The translations under genes and the position numbers were made by a program. The notes under the pieces are model-generated. The model saw only the letters and a list, made by a program, of their open reading frames with translations. It made no database searches and was not told where the DNA came from. From Candidatus Latescibacterota bacterium (GTDB lineage: Bacteria; Latescibacterota; UBA2968; UBA8231): 64,000 nt of DNA. The stretch spans positions 3,968,001 to 4,032,000 of the forward strand of contig CBDETK010000013.1 of NCBI GenBank assembly GCA_965242865.1, read 5' to 3'. Shown piece after piece: positions 49,338-57,408 of this stretch; position 1 is the stretch's first letter, and the number at the start of each line of letters is the position of its first letter.

Positions 49338-49751
49338 ATGGCCCGACAAAGCGTGGTATTGGACACGGATATTCTCTCCGCAATTATGCGCCAAAATCCT
49401 GCGGTCATATCTACAGCTCAAGCCTATCTCAGAGAGCACCACCAATTCCACTTTTCCATCATTACACAGTACGAGATTCTACGTGGTCTAAAAGTAAAGG
49501 AGGCGACTCAACAGATAGCAACTTTTGAGAATTTCTGTTCGCAGAATACCATCCTCCCTCTGAGTGAAGAAGTAATCTCAAAAGCCGCTGAAATATATGC
49601 AGATCTGCGAAAACGAGGAGAACCGGTTGGGGATGCAGATATTTTGATTGCAGCTACAGCAATAGTGAACAAATTCGGGATCGCCACCAACAATGAGAAC
49701 CATTTTCAAAGAATCTCCGGGCTTCATGTAGAGAACTGGTTAAAGGTTTGA
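49338..49751 (+). CDS. VapC-family PIN-domain toxin
   Basis: 'VLDTDILS', 'IT.YEI.RG', 'DADILIAATA', 'TNN..HF.RI.GL.VENW'; GGAG RBS inside the MTase tail. Confidence 0.9.
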   Translation: MARQSVVLDTDILSAIMRQNPAVISTAQAYLREHHQFHFSIITQYEILRGLKVKEATQQIATFENFCSQNTILPLSEEVISKAAEIYADLRKRGEPVGDADILIAATAIVNKFGIATNNENHFQRISGLHVENWLKV

Positions 49752-49772
49752 AGCTGTCTGATGAAATCAGCA

Positions 49773-49890
49773 ATACAATTTGTCTTAGTAGCCATTCGCC
49801 GCACTAGATGCTTAAAGACACAGGGCCACAAGAGGCACAAAAGACACAAAGATACAATCTGTCTTAGCAGCCATCGCCACACTAGACGCT
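49773..49890. repeat. Pair of ~40-bp imperfect direct repeats with a 39-bp A/C-rich spacer
   Basis: ATACAATTTGTCTTAGTAGCCATTCGCCGCACTAGATGCT (49773-49812) vs ATACAATCTGTCTTAGCAGCCATCGCCACACTAGACGCT (49852-49890). Confidence 0.8.
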
Positions 49891-50532
49891 ATGAATTCTG
49901 AGAACCGAATTCTTTTAAGACCCGATAATTCTTGCTATCCGACGGCGTTGCGGCGTTGTTCCGATGCTGGGCGTCTGCGAACGGTCACAGCACAAGGCGA
50001 CCTCGGCATCCTTGACAGGACCCGAATAGGCTTCTTCTGTTCTGTGCGCTGTCCGGGCGACGCAATCCTCAAGACCTACGATCTTGCGCGGATGCTGCGC
50101 CAAACTGACGTGACGATTGTCGGCGGTTTCCAGTCGCCGATGGAGAAGGAGTGTCTAGACCTGCTGTTGCGCGGCTCGGCGTCCGTGGTGGTCTGTCCGG
50201 CGCGGGGGCTTGGCCGGATGCGGGTTCCGAAAAGCTGGAAGGAGCCGCTGGCTGAGGGACGTTTGCTGATTCTGTCCTTTTTTGACGACGGCATTCGCCG
50301 CCCCACCGCCGATCTCGCAGTCAAGCGCAACGCCCATATCGCCGCGCTCGCCGACCGCATCCTTATTGCCCACGCCGAAAAGGGCGGAAAAACCGAGGCA
50401 TTGTGCAAGGAAGCACTCGCCCACGGAAAGTTAGTGTTTGCCATAGACTCGCCAGATAACGCACACCTCGTAGAACTCGGCGTTGTGCCGGTCCATGTCG
50501 AAGACTTCACATCTTTGGTTGTGGGGAAGTGA
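49891..50532 (+). CDS. DprA/Smf-like (SLOG) protein
   Basis: 'YP..L', 'GFFCSVRCPG', 'GGFQSPMEKECL..LLRG', 'RN...AALAD...IAHA..GG.T'. Confidence 0.78.
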   Translation: MNSENRILLRPDNSCYPTALRRCSDAGRLRTVTAQGDLGILDRTRIGFFCSVRCPGDAILKTYDLARMLRQTDVTIVGGFQSPMEKECLDLLLRGSASVVVCPARGLGRMRVPKSWKEPLAEGRLLILSFFDDGIRRPTADLAVKRNAHIAALADRILIAHAEKGGKTEALCKEALAHGKLVFAIDSPDNAHLVELGVVPVHVEDFTSLVVGK

Positions 50533-50581
50533 ATGCGATACTTGGCGTAGTCCCAGCCTTAACCCTATTTAGGAGGGAGCC

Positions 50582-51177
50582 ATGTTGCCGATAGTTGACA
50601 TATTCTCGAAACGCCAGAAGAGACTTCAGGGGAAGGTTCCTGAAGTCTATGTTTATGACAACTTGCCCGAGCCTCTCAGGTCGGCTATCAATTCGCCAAC
50701 GGGCAGATTATCCGCATCGACTCTGAGTTCACTCATGATGAAATTGTTAAGCCTGCGCTCAAGCTGCTCAATCAACAGCAGTATGCTGGAGCACAACAGG
50801 AGTTCTTAAAAGCTCATGAACACTATCGCAAGGGAAACGCTAAAGAAGCTCTCAGCGAGTGTCTAAAAGCATTTGAAAGCGTAATGAGAGCGATTTGTGA
50901 TAAGCGAGGCTGGAGTTACAGCAATAATGCAACAGCAAAATCCTTGATCCAAGCTTGTTTCGATAACGGGCTAATTCCATCGTTTTGGCAATCGCACTAT
51001 TCGTCCCTGAGAAATCTTTTGGAGAGTAGTGTACCTACCGGACGCAACAAGCTGAGCGGGCATGGTCAAGGCACAACTCCGGTCTCCGTGCCAAGTCACC
51101 TTGTCGCGTACATGTTGCACATGACGGCATCGGCTATTGTGTTTCTGACGGAAGCTGATATGAAAGGAAAATCGTGA
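50582..51177 (+). pseudogene. AbiJ-like (STM4504/CBY_0614-type) HEPN abortive-infection gene with internal deletion and frameshift near 50680
   Basis: N-terminal 'DIFSKRQK...PEVYVYD.LP.PLR' jumps out of frame to 'VGYQF.NG.IIRIDSEF.H.E.VKPAL...GAQ.EFLKAHEHYR.G...RNKLSGHGQG'. Confidence 0.75.
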
Positions 51178-51244
51178 AACTGCATGTCAATAAGAATTCC
51201 GACGCGCTCTACCCTCTTCGGAATTCAAAACCGCTTAGCCGCTT

Positions 51245-51628
51245 ATGACCTCTCCCCTCCTTGACGTCCACGACCTGAGCGTCCGTATCACCCGCGACGA
51301 GGGCGTGGTGCGGCCGCTCAACGGCGTCAGCTTCCGCATCAACGCCGGCCAAGCCGTGGGCATCGTCGGCGAAAGCGGGTGCGGCAAGACCACGACGTCC
51401 AACGCCCTGCTGCAAATTTTGCCGCCGGCCGCCGAGATTACCAGCGACCACATCCGCTACCGACGCAAGCTGGCGCAAGCTGGACGAGCGCGAGATCGAC
51501 CTCGCTGCGCTCGCCGCGCATAGCGACGAGATGCACCAGATCCGCGTCGGCGACATTTCCATGATATCGCCGACGAGCCGACTACGGCCCTCAACGTGAC
51601 CGTGCAGGCGCGGGTGCTCAAGCTGATG
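51245..51628 (+). pseudogene. Degraded DppD/OppD ABC ATPase of the upstream transporter operon
   Basis: 'GIVGESGCGKT', 10-bp tandem duplication CGCAAGCTGG x2 (51464-51483) shifting frame, 'ISMI' joined directly to 'ADEPTTALNVTVQA.VL.LM', then truncation. Confidence 0.85.
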
Positions 51629-51876
51629 TCTATACCGGCGGCTACGCGGGAACCGGCCGGGGCTTGGACGAATTCATCCGCCAGACTGACGCCGATCTAG
51701 ATCAGCGGCTCAAGCGGGAAATCCAGACCGCCATTGACGAGATTGGCCGCATTGAGCAGCCCTTCCGCGACGCCATTGCCTCCGATCAGGACCAAATCGA
51801 AACGGCGCAGGCGGCCGTGGCCCGCATCCAGCAGACCTTAGAGGAGGATATCCTGCCGCTGGTGTTGGGGAACTAA
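51628..51876 (+). pseudogene. C-terminal fragment resembling imelysin (peptidase M75/IrpA)
   Basis: 'VYTGGYAG...GLDEFI...DADLD.RL...I..AI..I..I..PFRDAI......IE.A..AV..I...LE..I.PL*'. Confidence 0.55.
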
Positions 51877-51996
51877 GTACGCGACCCCTGCTTTAAGTCC
51901 GCCTTTTCTGCGGTTCCTGCTGAACCGGGATCCAAGGCGTCCCGCCCTCGACGAGGGCAAGATGCCCTCGATCCGTGGAAGGGGGCCGTTACGGTC

Positions 51997-52043
51997 GGTT
52001 GCCGCCCGCCTATCGGGCACCAGCGAGTTGAAAATCATTTTCA
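51997..52043 (+). repeat. 47-bp exact copy of an internal segment of the dppC-like gene (42049-42095)
   Basis: GGTTGCCGCCCGCCTATCGGGCACCAGCGAGTTGAAAATCATTTTCA at both positions. Confidence 0.92.
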
Positions 52044-52161
52044 GGGTCCCCCAGCTAGGATATGGGCGTTCGTTCTGGTGAGTTGTCTGTTTGGACCCAA
52101 AAGTAGCGGCTTGTACAGCAGGGTGAAGCCAAAGTGCTTAAATGTTTGGCGGCATATCTAA

Positions 52162-53145
52162 TCAGCACACCATGCCCCGCTTGGCGCGGATGCCGTGCGC
52201 GGGCGGGTCGTTGCCGATCCAGCGCTCGTCTATGGGCTCGTGTGAACGCTGGTAGCGCGTATCGGCCGAGAGACGAATGCAGGCTGTCTGGTTGTCTGAG
52301 CTGGCATGCAGCAAATACATACTGAAGACCAGCAAATCCCCCATCTGGTACTCGGCCGTCAGCCAGCGGCCCCGTAGCTGCTCGCGCACGGCAATCGCGT
52401 CGGCCGAGTAGGCCCCGGACGAGTTCCAGCGAATTTGCTCGCGTTCTTGCTGGGTCAGTTCGCGGCCCTGTGCTTGGGCGGCCGCGACGATTTGGCGCGC
52501 GGTGGGGCCGTCGTTTTCGCAAAACGCATCCACATCGGTCTGGCCGTAGCCCTGCTTTAGGGCTTTGTTGCGGTGCGACCCCTCCAACACCATCAGCCCC
52601 CCCATCTCGTAGGGCACGTCGCTAAAGGGCGTCCACGACGTATAGAGGGCCTTGGTTCCTCGGCCCATATAGACGATGTCGCAATGCGGGGTCGTGGCCG
52701 TGGTGGTGCCCGGCTGCTTGGCGCGGAACCAAGTGTAGTCGTAATGCCGGACCGGGCCGCCCAAGAAGAATTCGTAAAAGGCCATCATCGGGCCGTCGTA
52801 GAGGACTTTGTCCAACGCCGGGTTGTTGCGGGCTAAAATGGGCATGAACGGGCCGGTGGCCGCCGGATTGACCGCCTTGCCCGAGGCCACTACGCCTTCT
52901 ATGGGCGGGTGCGCCGGGTCTAGCACCCCGAACTCAAAGAGGCGATCGCACAATACGGCCCGCGCCGCCACCACGGCGCGCCGGTCTAAATAGTGCGGCA
53001 AAAACAAATACCCGTCTTCTTCCATCCGCTCCCACAGCGCGTCCCGATCGTCGGTTATGTCGTCCGAGCGGCGGAGCTCGCCGACTTGCTCCATGGCGAG
53101 CGGCTGGCCGCTATACGTGAGTTGAGGTCTGGTTGCCGTAGTCAT
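52162..53145 (-). CDS. Phytanoyl-CoA dioxygenase (PhyH) family protein
   Basis: 'TPHCD', 'YTSWTP', 'GGLMVLEGSH', 'LHAS.DN', 'RLS.DTRYQ'. Confidence 0.85.
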   Translation of the reverse strand: MTTATRPQLTYSGQPLAMEQVGELRRSDDITDDRDALWERMEEDGYLFLPHYLDRRAVVAARAVLCDRLFEFGVLDPAHPPIEGVVASGKAVNPAATGPFMPILARNNPALDKVLYDGPMMAFYEFFLGGPVRHYDYTWFRAKQPGTTTATTPHCDIVYMGRGTKALYTSWTPFSDVPYEMGGLMVLEGSHRNKALKQGYGQTDVDAFCENDGPTARQIVAAAQAQGRELTQQEREQIRWNSSGAYSADAIAVREQLRGRWLTAEYQMGDLLVFSMYLLHASSDNQTACIRLSADTRYQRSHEPIDERWIGNDPPAHGIRAKRGMVC

Positions 53146-53312
53146 CGGTCGTCCTTTCTGGAGCTAAAACTATGCGGCGGATCCGCGCGGGCAAACCCCG
53201 CAGTGATTGATATAAAATGGCCGAGCTATTACATTTATAAGCACCCCTAAGCACCCCAATTTAGCATCCCCCGCGTTTTATGGTCCCCGTCCGCTTTTTG
53301 ATCGGAAGAACA

Positions 53313-54440
53313 ATGTACATCCGCTCACTGTGTGTCGCTCTATGCCTGTCGTATGTACCGCTGCAAGCCTCGGCCTTCAACCCCGGCCCGAACCCACCGT
53401 ATGCCGCGGCCATTTTGCTCGAAGCCGAAAGCGGTGCGGTGCTGTTTGCCCACAATCCCGATTTGCAGCGCTCGCCCGCCAGCACCCTCAAGCTGATGCT
53501 CGAGCTGGTGGTCATGGACTTGGTCAAAGCCGGTAAGATCGCGCTAGACGACCCGATCCAAGCCTCGCGCCGCGCCGCCCGAACCGGCGGCTCGCAGGTC
53601 TATCTAGCCCAAGGCGAAGTCTTTATGCTGGAGCAGCTCATGGAGGCTGTCGTCATTGTCTCGGCCAACGACGCCTGCGTCGCCATCGCCGAGCACGTTG
53701 GCGGCGCGACCGAGAGCTTCGTCGATCTGATGAACAGCCGCGCCCAAAGCCTCGGCTTGCAAAACACGCGCTACGTCAACGTCCACGGTCTCGACGATAC
53801 GCCGCGCAACAACAGCAACACCACGACAGCCCGCGACTTGTCCAAAGTAGCCCAGGCGCTCTTGGCATACCCCGAGATTTTGGCTTGGTCCTCCATTCGC
53901 TCCAAGCCGTTCCGCAACGGCAAATTTATACTCCGCGCCACCAACAAACTTTTGGGGAGGTTCCGGGGAGCGGACGGGTTTAAGACCGGCTATACCCGAC
54001 GCGCTGGGTACTGTCTAGTCGCCACGGCCGAGCGCCACGAGATGCGCCTGATCTCCGTGATCTTGGGTGCTCCATCGGCGCGCGTCCGCACCCGGGAGAC
54101 CAGTCGCCTATTGAGTTGGGGCTTTAATAGCTTCTCGCGCGTCCCCCTCGTCGAAACCGGCGAACTCATGGGCAAGGTCGTGCTCAGTTGGGGCATCGAG
54201 CCATCGGTGCGCGTTTTGGCCCAAGACACCGTAGTCGCCGTGCTCACGCCCGAACAGGAGCAACAGCTCGTCCGCCATCTAGAGTTGCCCGCGGAACTGC
54301 CCGCGCCGGTCGTTGCCGGCGACGAACTGGGCGAGCTAAGGGTCTCGCTGGGCGATAGCCTCTTGGCCGTGGTGCCCATCCACGCGGAAAAGAGCATCGG
54401 CCGCATGGGGCTTTGGGACAAACTAATGACGTACTTTTAA
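53313..54440 (+). CDS. D-alanyl-D-alanine carboxypeptidase (peptidase S11, DacA/DacF-like)
   Basis: Signal peptide; SxxK 'ASTLK', SxN 'SAND', 'HGL', KTG 'KTGYT..AG.CL'. Confidence 0.92.
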   Translation: MYIRSLCVALCLSYVPLQASAFNPGPNPPYAAAILLEAESGAVLFAHNPDLQRSPASTLKLMLELVVMDLVKAGKIALDDPIQASRRAARTGGSQVYLAQGEVFMLEQLMEAVVIVSANDACVAIAEHVGGATESFVDLMNSRAQSLGLQNTRYVNVHGLDDTPRNNSNTTTARDLSKVAQALLAYPEILAWSSIRSKPFRNGKFILRATNKLLGRFRGADGFKTGYTRRAGYCLVATAERHEMRLISVILGAPSARVRTRETSRLLSWGFNSFSRVPLVETGELMGKVVLSWGIEPSVRVLAQDTVVAVLTPEQEQQLVRHLELPAELPAPVVAGDELGELRVSLGDSLLAVVPIHAEKSIGRMGLWDKLMTYF

Positions 54441-54454
54441 GCGGGGCGGCTATT

Positions 54455-54883
54455 TTATTTGTGGTATCGCCCGCCGCTTAGAATGTCAAAGGAGCGGTAC
54501 AGGGCCTCCAACAACAGCAGGCGCGCAAGTTGGTGAGAAAAAGTTAGCGGCGACAGGGACCACCGCTCTTGTATTTGCGATTCGACCCCGGCCGGCATGC
54601 CCTCGGCCCCGCCGATTATTAGCACTAGGTGCGAGGGGCCTTGGTTCATGAGCCGCTGGAGCCGCTGCGCCAACTGCTCAGAGGTGAACCGCGTTCCTTG
54701 GACGTACAGACCGACGATATGCGTCCCTTTCAACAGCCGGTTCGGGAGGCCGCTGGATGCCTTGCCTTTTTGCGGACAGAGCGCGACCTGCGCCTGCCGC
54801 GAGAGACGCTTGATGTACTCCTGCTCGGCCGCGGCTAGCGCTGAGTTGCGATGTTTTTCGTAGGAGACAACGCTGATTTGCAT
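54455..54883 (-). CDS. rlmH: 23S rRNA (pseudouridine-1915-N3)-methyltransferase
   Basis: 'EY.KRL', 'IGGAEG', 'SLS.LTFSHQLARL.LLE.LYR.F.I..G..YHK'. Confidence 0.9.
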   Translation of the reverse strand: MQISVVSYEKHRNSALAAAEQEYIKRLSRQAQVALCPQKGKASSGLPNRLLKGTHIVGLYVQGTRFTSEQLAQRLQRLMNQGPSHLVLIIGGAEGMPAGVESQIQERWSLSPLTFSHQLARLLLLEALYRSFDILSGGRYHK

Positions 54884-54908
54884 GGGTGCTGGAGCAATCG
54901 ACGCAACC

Positions 54909-54937
54909 TTGACGCCGTTGGGCTGCCGGGATATATT
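54909..54937 (+). promoter_or_regulatory. Sigma70-type promoter for tRNA-Val
   Basis: TTGACG (54909-54914), 17 bp, TATATT (54932-54937). Confidence 0.7.
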
Positions 54938-54952
54938 ATTGGCCCTTCTACG

Positions 54953-55029
54953 GGGCGATTAGCTCAGCTGGCTAGAGCGCCTGCTTGACATGCAGGAGGT
55001 CACTAGTTCAAGTCTAGTATCGCCCACCA
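54953..55029 (+). tRNA. tRNA-Val (anticodon GAC)
   Basis: Acceptor GGGCGAT/ATCGCCC-A-CCA; D arm AGCTCAGCTGGCTAGAGC; anticodon arm CCTGC-TTGACAT-GCAGG; T loop TTCAAGT. Confidence 0.96.
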
Positions 55030-55344
55030 TCTTCTAAGCCCCTGATTTTTCAGGGGCTTTTTTAGTTCTCTTGGTTTTGTACCGGGATTCGCGGATGCAG
55101 AGGCCGATCGCGGACCCTGAGCTTCCTCTGGAGCCGAGCTGGAGTCGCGGTGCAAACCTTCGAGCAAGCCTTCAATGCGGGCCACGCGCTCGCCTAGCAC
55201 CGAAATCCTATTGCCCAGCGCGATCTCGACGGCCCCGATGCGCTCGGTGAGTCGCCGATCCAAGGCGGAAATATCCCCGCGAATTTTCCACAGAAATCCC
55301 AGAATGGCCACGACGCCGCCAATCGTAATCAAATTACTCTCCAT
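55003..55344 (-). CDS. Small TM + coiled-coil hypothetical protein whose ORF runs antisense into the tRNA
   Basis: GGAGG RBS before ATG 55344; 'ITIGGVVAILGFLW' TM then '.GERVARIEG.LEG' coil. Confidence 0.55.
   Translation of the reverse strand: MESNLITIGGVVAILGFLWKIRGDISALDRRLTERIGAVEIALGNRISVLGERVARIEGLLEGLHRDSSSAPEEAQGPRSASASANPGTKPRELKKPLKNQGLRRWWAILDLN
55036..55063 (+). terminator. Rho-independent terminator after the tRNA
   Basis: AAGCCCCTGA-TTTT-TCAGGGGCTT followed by a T-run. Confidence 0.85.
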
Positions 55345-55375
55345 CTTAGACCTCCTTGCGAAATTAGGTGCTTCG

Positions 55376-55927
55376 TCAGGGTGGGGCGAGCCTGAAGGAC
55401 GCGAAAAATCGCTCGATATCCGCCGGGTCGTCAAACGCTTGGGGAGCACCGACCGCCATTAAGCTGTAAAGCCGCTGGCCTACCTGTAAGCTCTGCAATC
55501 GCAAGCGGCTTTGGTCCGAGGCTTGGATCTGGGTCTGCCGAGCGGGATGCCCGGCCATCTCAACGGCGGCTTCCGACAGGATCGTCCCCTTCACCTTTTG
55601 CACGATGGCGTCGCGGCGTGCGGCAATCGCGCTGTCGGCTTGGACGGCCTCGGGCACGTCCCCGTAGGCAACGGCGTATTGCACGTCCGCACGCTCGAAC
55701 ATTAGGTATTGGAACTCTACCTCGCCAAAGGGCAACGGCTCGCGCAACTTGCGTAGATTGGGCCGACCGGCCATCTGCACGGCAAAGGCCCCCGCCTCAT
55801 AAGTCTGCGCCTCCCATTCCGGTGCGCCGCGCACCCAATCGACGATGTTGTAGGCGACGATGGCCCCTAGGACGACAAAGAAGAGCTTGACGGACCATAG
55901 GTCCGTTTTGGTTTTAGCTCGGCCCAT
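55376..55927 (-). CDS. Membrane-anchored hypothetical protein
   Basis: N-terminal TM; 'F.V.M.G.P', 'G.PAR', 'RLY.L', 'ERFF.SF' pattern. Confidence 0.65.
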   Translation of the reverse strand: MGRAKTKTDLWSVKLFFVVLGAIVAYNIVDWVRGAPEWEAQTYEAGAFAVQMAGRPNLRKLREPLPFGEVEFQYLMFERADVQYAVAYGDVPEAVQADSAIAARRDAIVQKVKGTILSEAAVEMAGHPARQTQIQASDQSRLRLQSLQVGQRLYSLMAVGAPQAFDDPADIERFFASFRLAPP

Positions 55928-55930
55928 TGG

Positions 55931-56749
55931 TCAGGCTAGCCCCAGCCTTTCTTCGGCGCTGTCGGCCGGAATATAGCCCAAGACCTCGCGCGGATGGTCG
56001 ATATCGACCCAACGCCAGCGGTTGTTGGACACTCCGTAGAAAATGTCAAAGCGCAAGTCCGCGGGAGCCTCGATGGCGCGTTGCACGAGTTGCACCACGT
56101 CGCGCTGGCTACACCAGATGGCACCGCCCCGCTCGTCGCGCGGGTGGTCCTCGGCATTGACCCAGCCGATGCGCAGACAGGGCACCGACATGGTGTGTAC
56201 GTCCGCGTAGTAGCGCGCTAGGGCCTCGCCCCAAATTTTAGTCGCCGGATAGAGGCCCGTCGGGCGCTGCGGCCATTCGTGGGTCACGCACTGGACCTGA
56301 CTGGCATCGACCGCGTCGAAGTGCCCTTCGGAGATGGCCTTGTACGGGTCTTCCTGCTGGTAGCCCCAAGACACCATGATCGAGCTCGCGAACACCACGC
56401 GCCCGACGCCAGCGCGGCGCGCGGCTTCCAGCACATTGCGCGGCCCGATGATATTGCTGCCGAGCAGGCTCTCCCAGCTCGCATCTGGCCGCGGATCGGC
56501 CGCGAGTTGCACGACCACGTCCATGCCCTCGACAGCTTGGGCCACCGCGTTGTAGTCGGTTAGGTCTGCGAGGGAAAGTTTTTCTTGGGGAATTTTCAAG
56601 GCGGCGTCTTTAGGGGTGCGCGCCGAAGGCTGGAACCGCCGAGCTAGGCCATAGAGGTCGTAGCGGTCGGGTTGGGTGTTCAGGTGCTGATACACGGCGC
56701 CGGCAATCAAGCCATAGACGCCGGTGATTAAGACTTTTTGGGGGGCCAT
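55931..56749 (-). CDS. NAD-dependent epimerase/dehydrogenase (uronate dehydrogenase-like)
   Basis: 'VLITGVYGLI', 'NIIG..NV.EAAR..GV.RVVFASS', 'Y.ATK..GE', 'LRIG', 'W.S.RD'. Confidence 0.85.
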   Translation of the reverse strand: MAPQKVLITGVYGLIAGAVYQHLNTQPDRYDLYGLARRFQPSARTPKDAALKIPQEKLSLADLTDYNAVAQAVEGMDVVVQLAADPRPDASWESLLGSNIIGPRNVLEAARRAGVGRVVFASSIMVSWGYQQEDPYKAISEGHFDAVDASQVQCVTHEWPQRPTGLYPATKIWGEALARYYADVHTMSVPCLRIGWVNAEDHPRDERGGAIWCSQRDVVQLVQRAIEAPADLRFDIFYGVSNNRWRWVDIDHPREVLGYIPADSAEERLGLA

Positions 56750-57315
56750 TGCGCGGGGTCTCCTCTGGTGGGTTCGATGGCGGCGATGTGGGGCAGGGCG
56801 CGGTAGCACTGGTCGCAATCCATGCCGTAGCCGACGACGAACGCGTCTTCAATTTCAAAACCACAGTAATCTATCGGCACTGGAACCTCCCGGCGAGCGC
56901 GCTTGTCCAGCAGCGTACATACTCTGAGCGAACCGGGTTGCCGCGCCTTGAGCATGGCCAGCACAAAATCTAGGGATCGGCCCGTATCGACGATGCCATC
57001 GACGACGAGCACATCCCGGCCGGCCACGGCCACGACGAGGTCTTTGGCCTGTGCGATCTGCCCGGTGTTCTCCGTGCCCTGATAGCTCGAAACGTCGACG
57101 AAGTCGTAGGCCAACCGCGCCAACAGCTCCTCGGGCAGGCGGCTTATCAAGGCCATCATAAACGGCACTGCTCCGTTGAGGAGGCCGACAAATAAGGGAG
57201 CGGCCCCAGCGTAGTCGCTGGCTAGCTGCTGGGCCAACTCGTCGATGCGCCGCTCTACTTGCTCGCGCTCGAGCAGCACTTTTAAGGCTGGGGGTTCCAA
57301 TGAACTGCGGGGCAT
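56728..57315 (-). CDS. hpt: Hypoxanthine phosphoribosyltransferase
   Basis: 'VGLLNGA', 'VSSY', 'LVVDGIVDTG.SL', 'LLDK..RR', 'FVVGYGMD..Q.YR.LP'. Confidence 0.88.
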   Translation of the reverse strand: MPRSSLEPPALKVLLEREQVERRIDELAQQLASDYAGAAPLFVGLLNGAVPFMMALISRLPEELLARLAYDFVDVSSYQGTENTGQIAQAKDLVVAVAGRDVLVVDGIVDTGRSLDFVLAMLKARQPGSLRVCTLLDKRARREVPVPIDYCGFEIEDAFVVGYGMDCDQCYRALPHIAAIEPTRGDPAQWPPKKS

Positions 57316-57408
57316 ACCTTTGATTATACGGCTTGCGAGCTATTCTTTGCAAAACGCACAAAACGCAGCCGGGGCTTCAACGCTGAGTGCGGAAATAATT
57401 TTAGCTAG

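Noticed and set aside
49773-49890. Possible mini-CRISPR
   Set aside because: Only two divergent repeats, a low-complexity spacer and no cas genes; kept only as an unexplained repeat
42364-51247. att-like repeat at the helicase/MTase island ends (CGCTAGCCG vs CGCTTAGCCG)
   Set aside because: Too short and gapped to distinguish from chance
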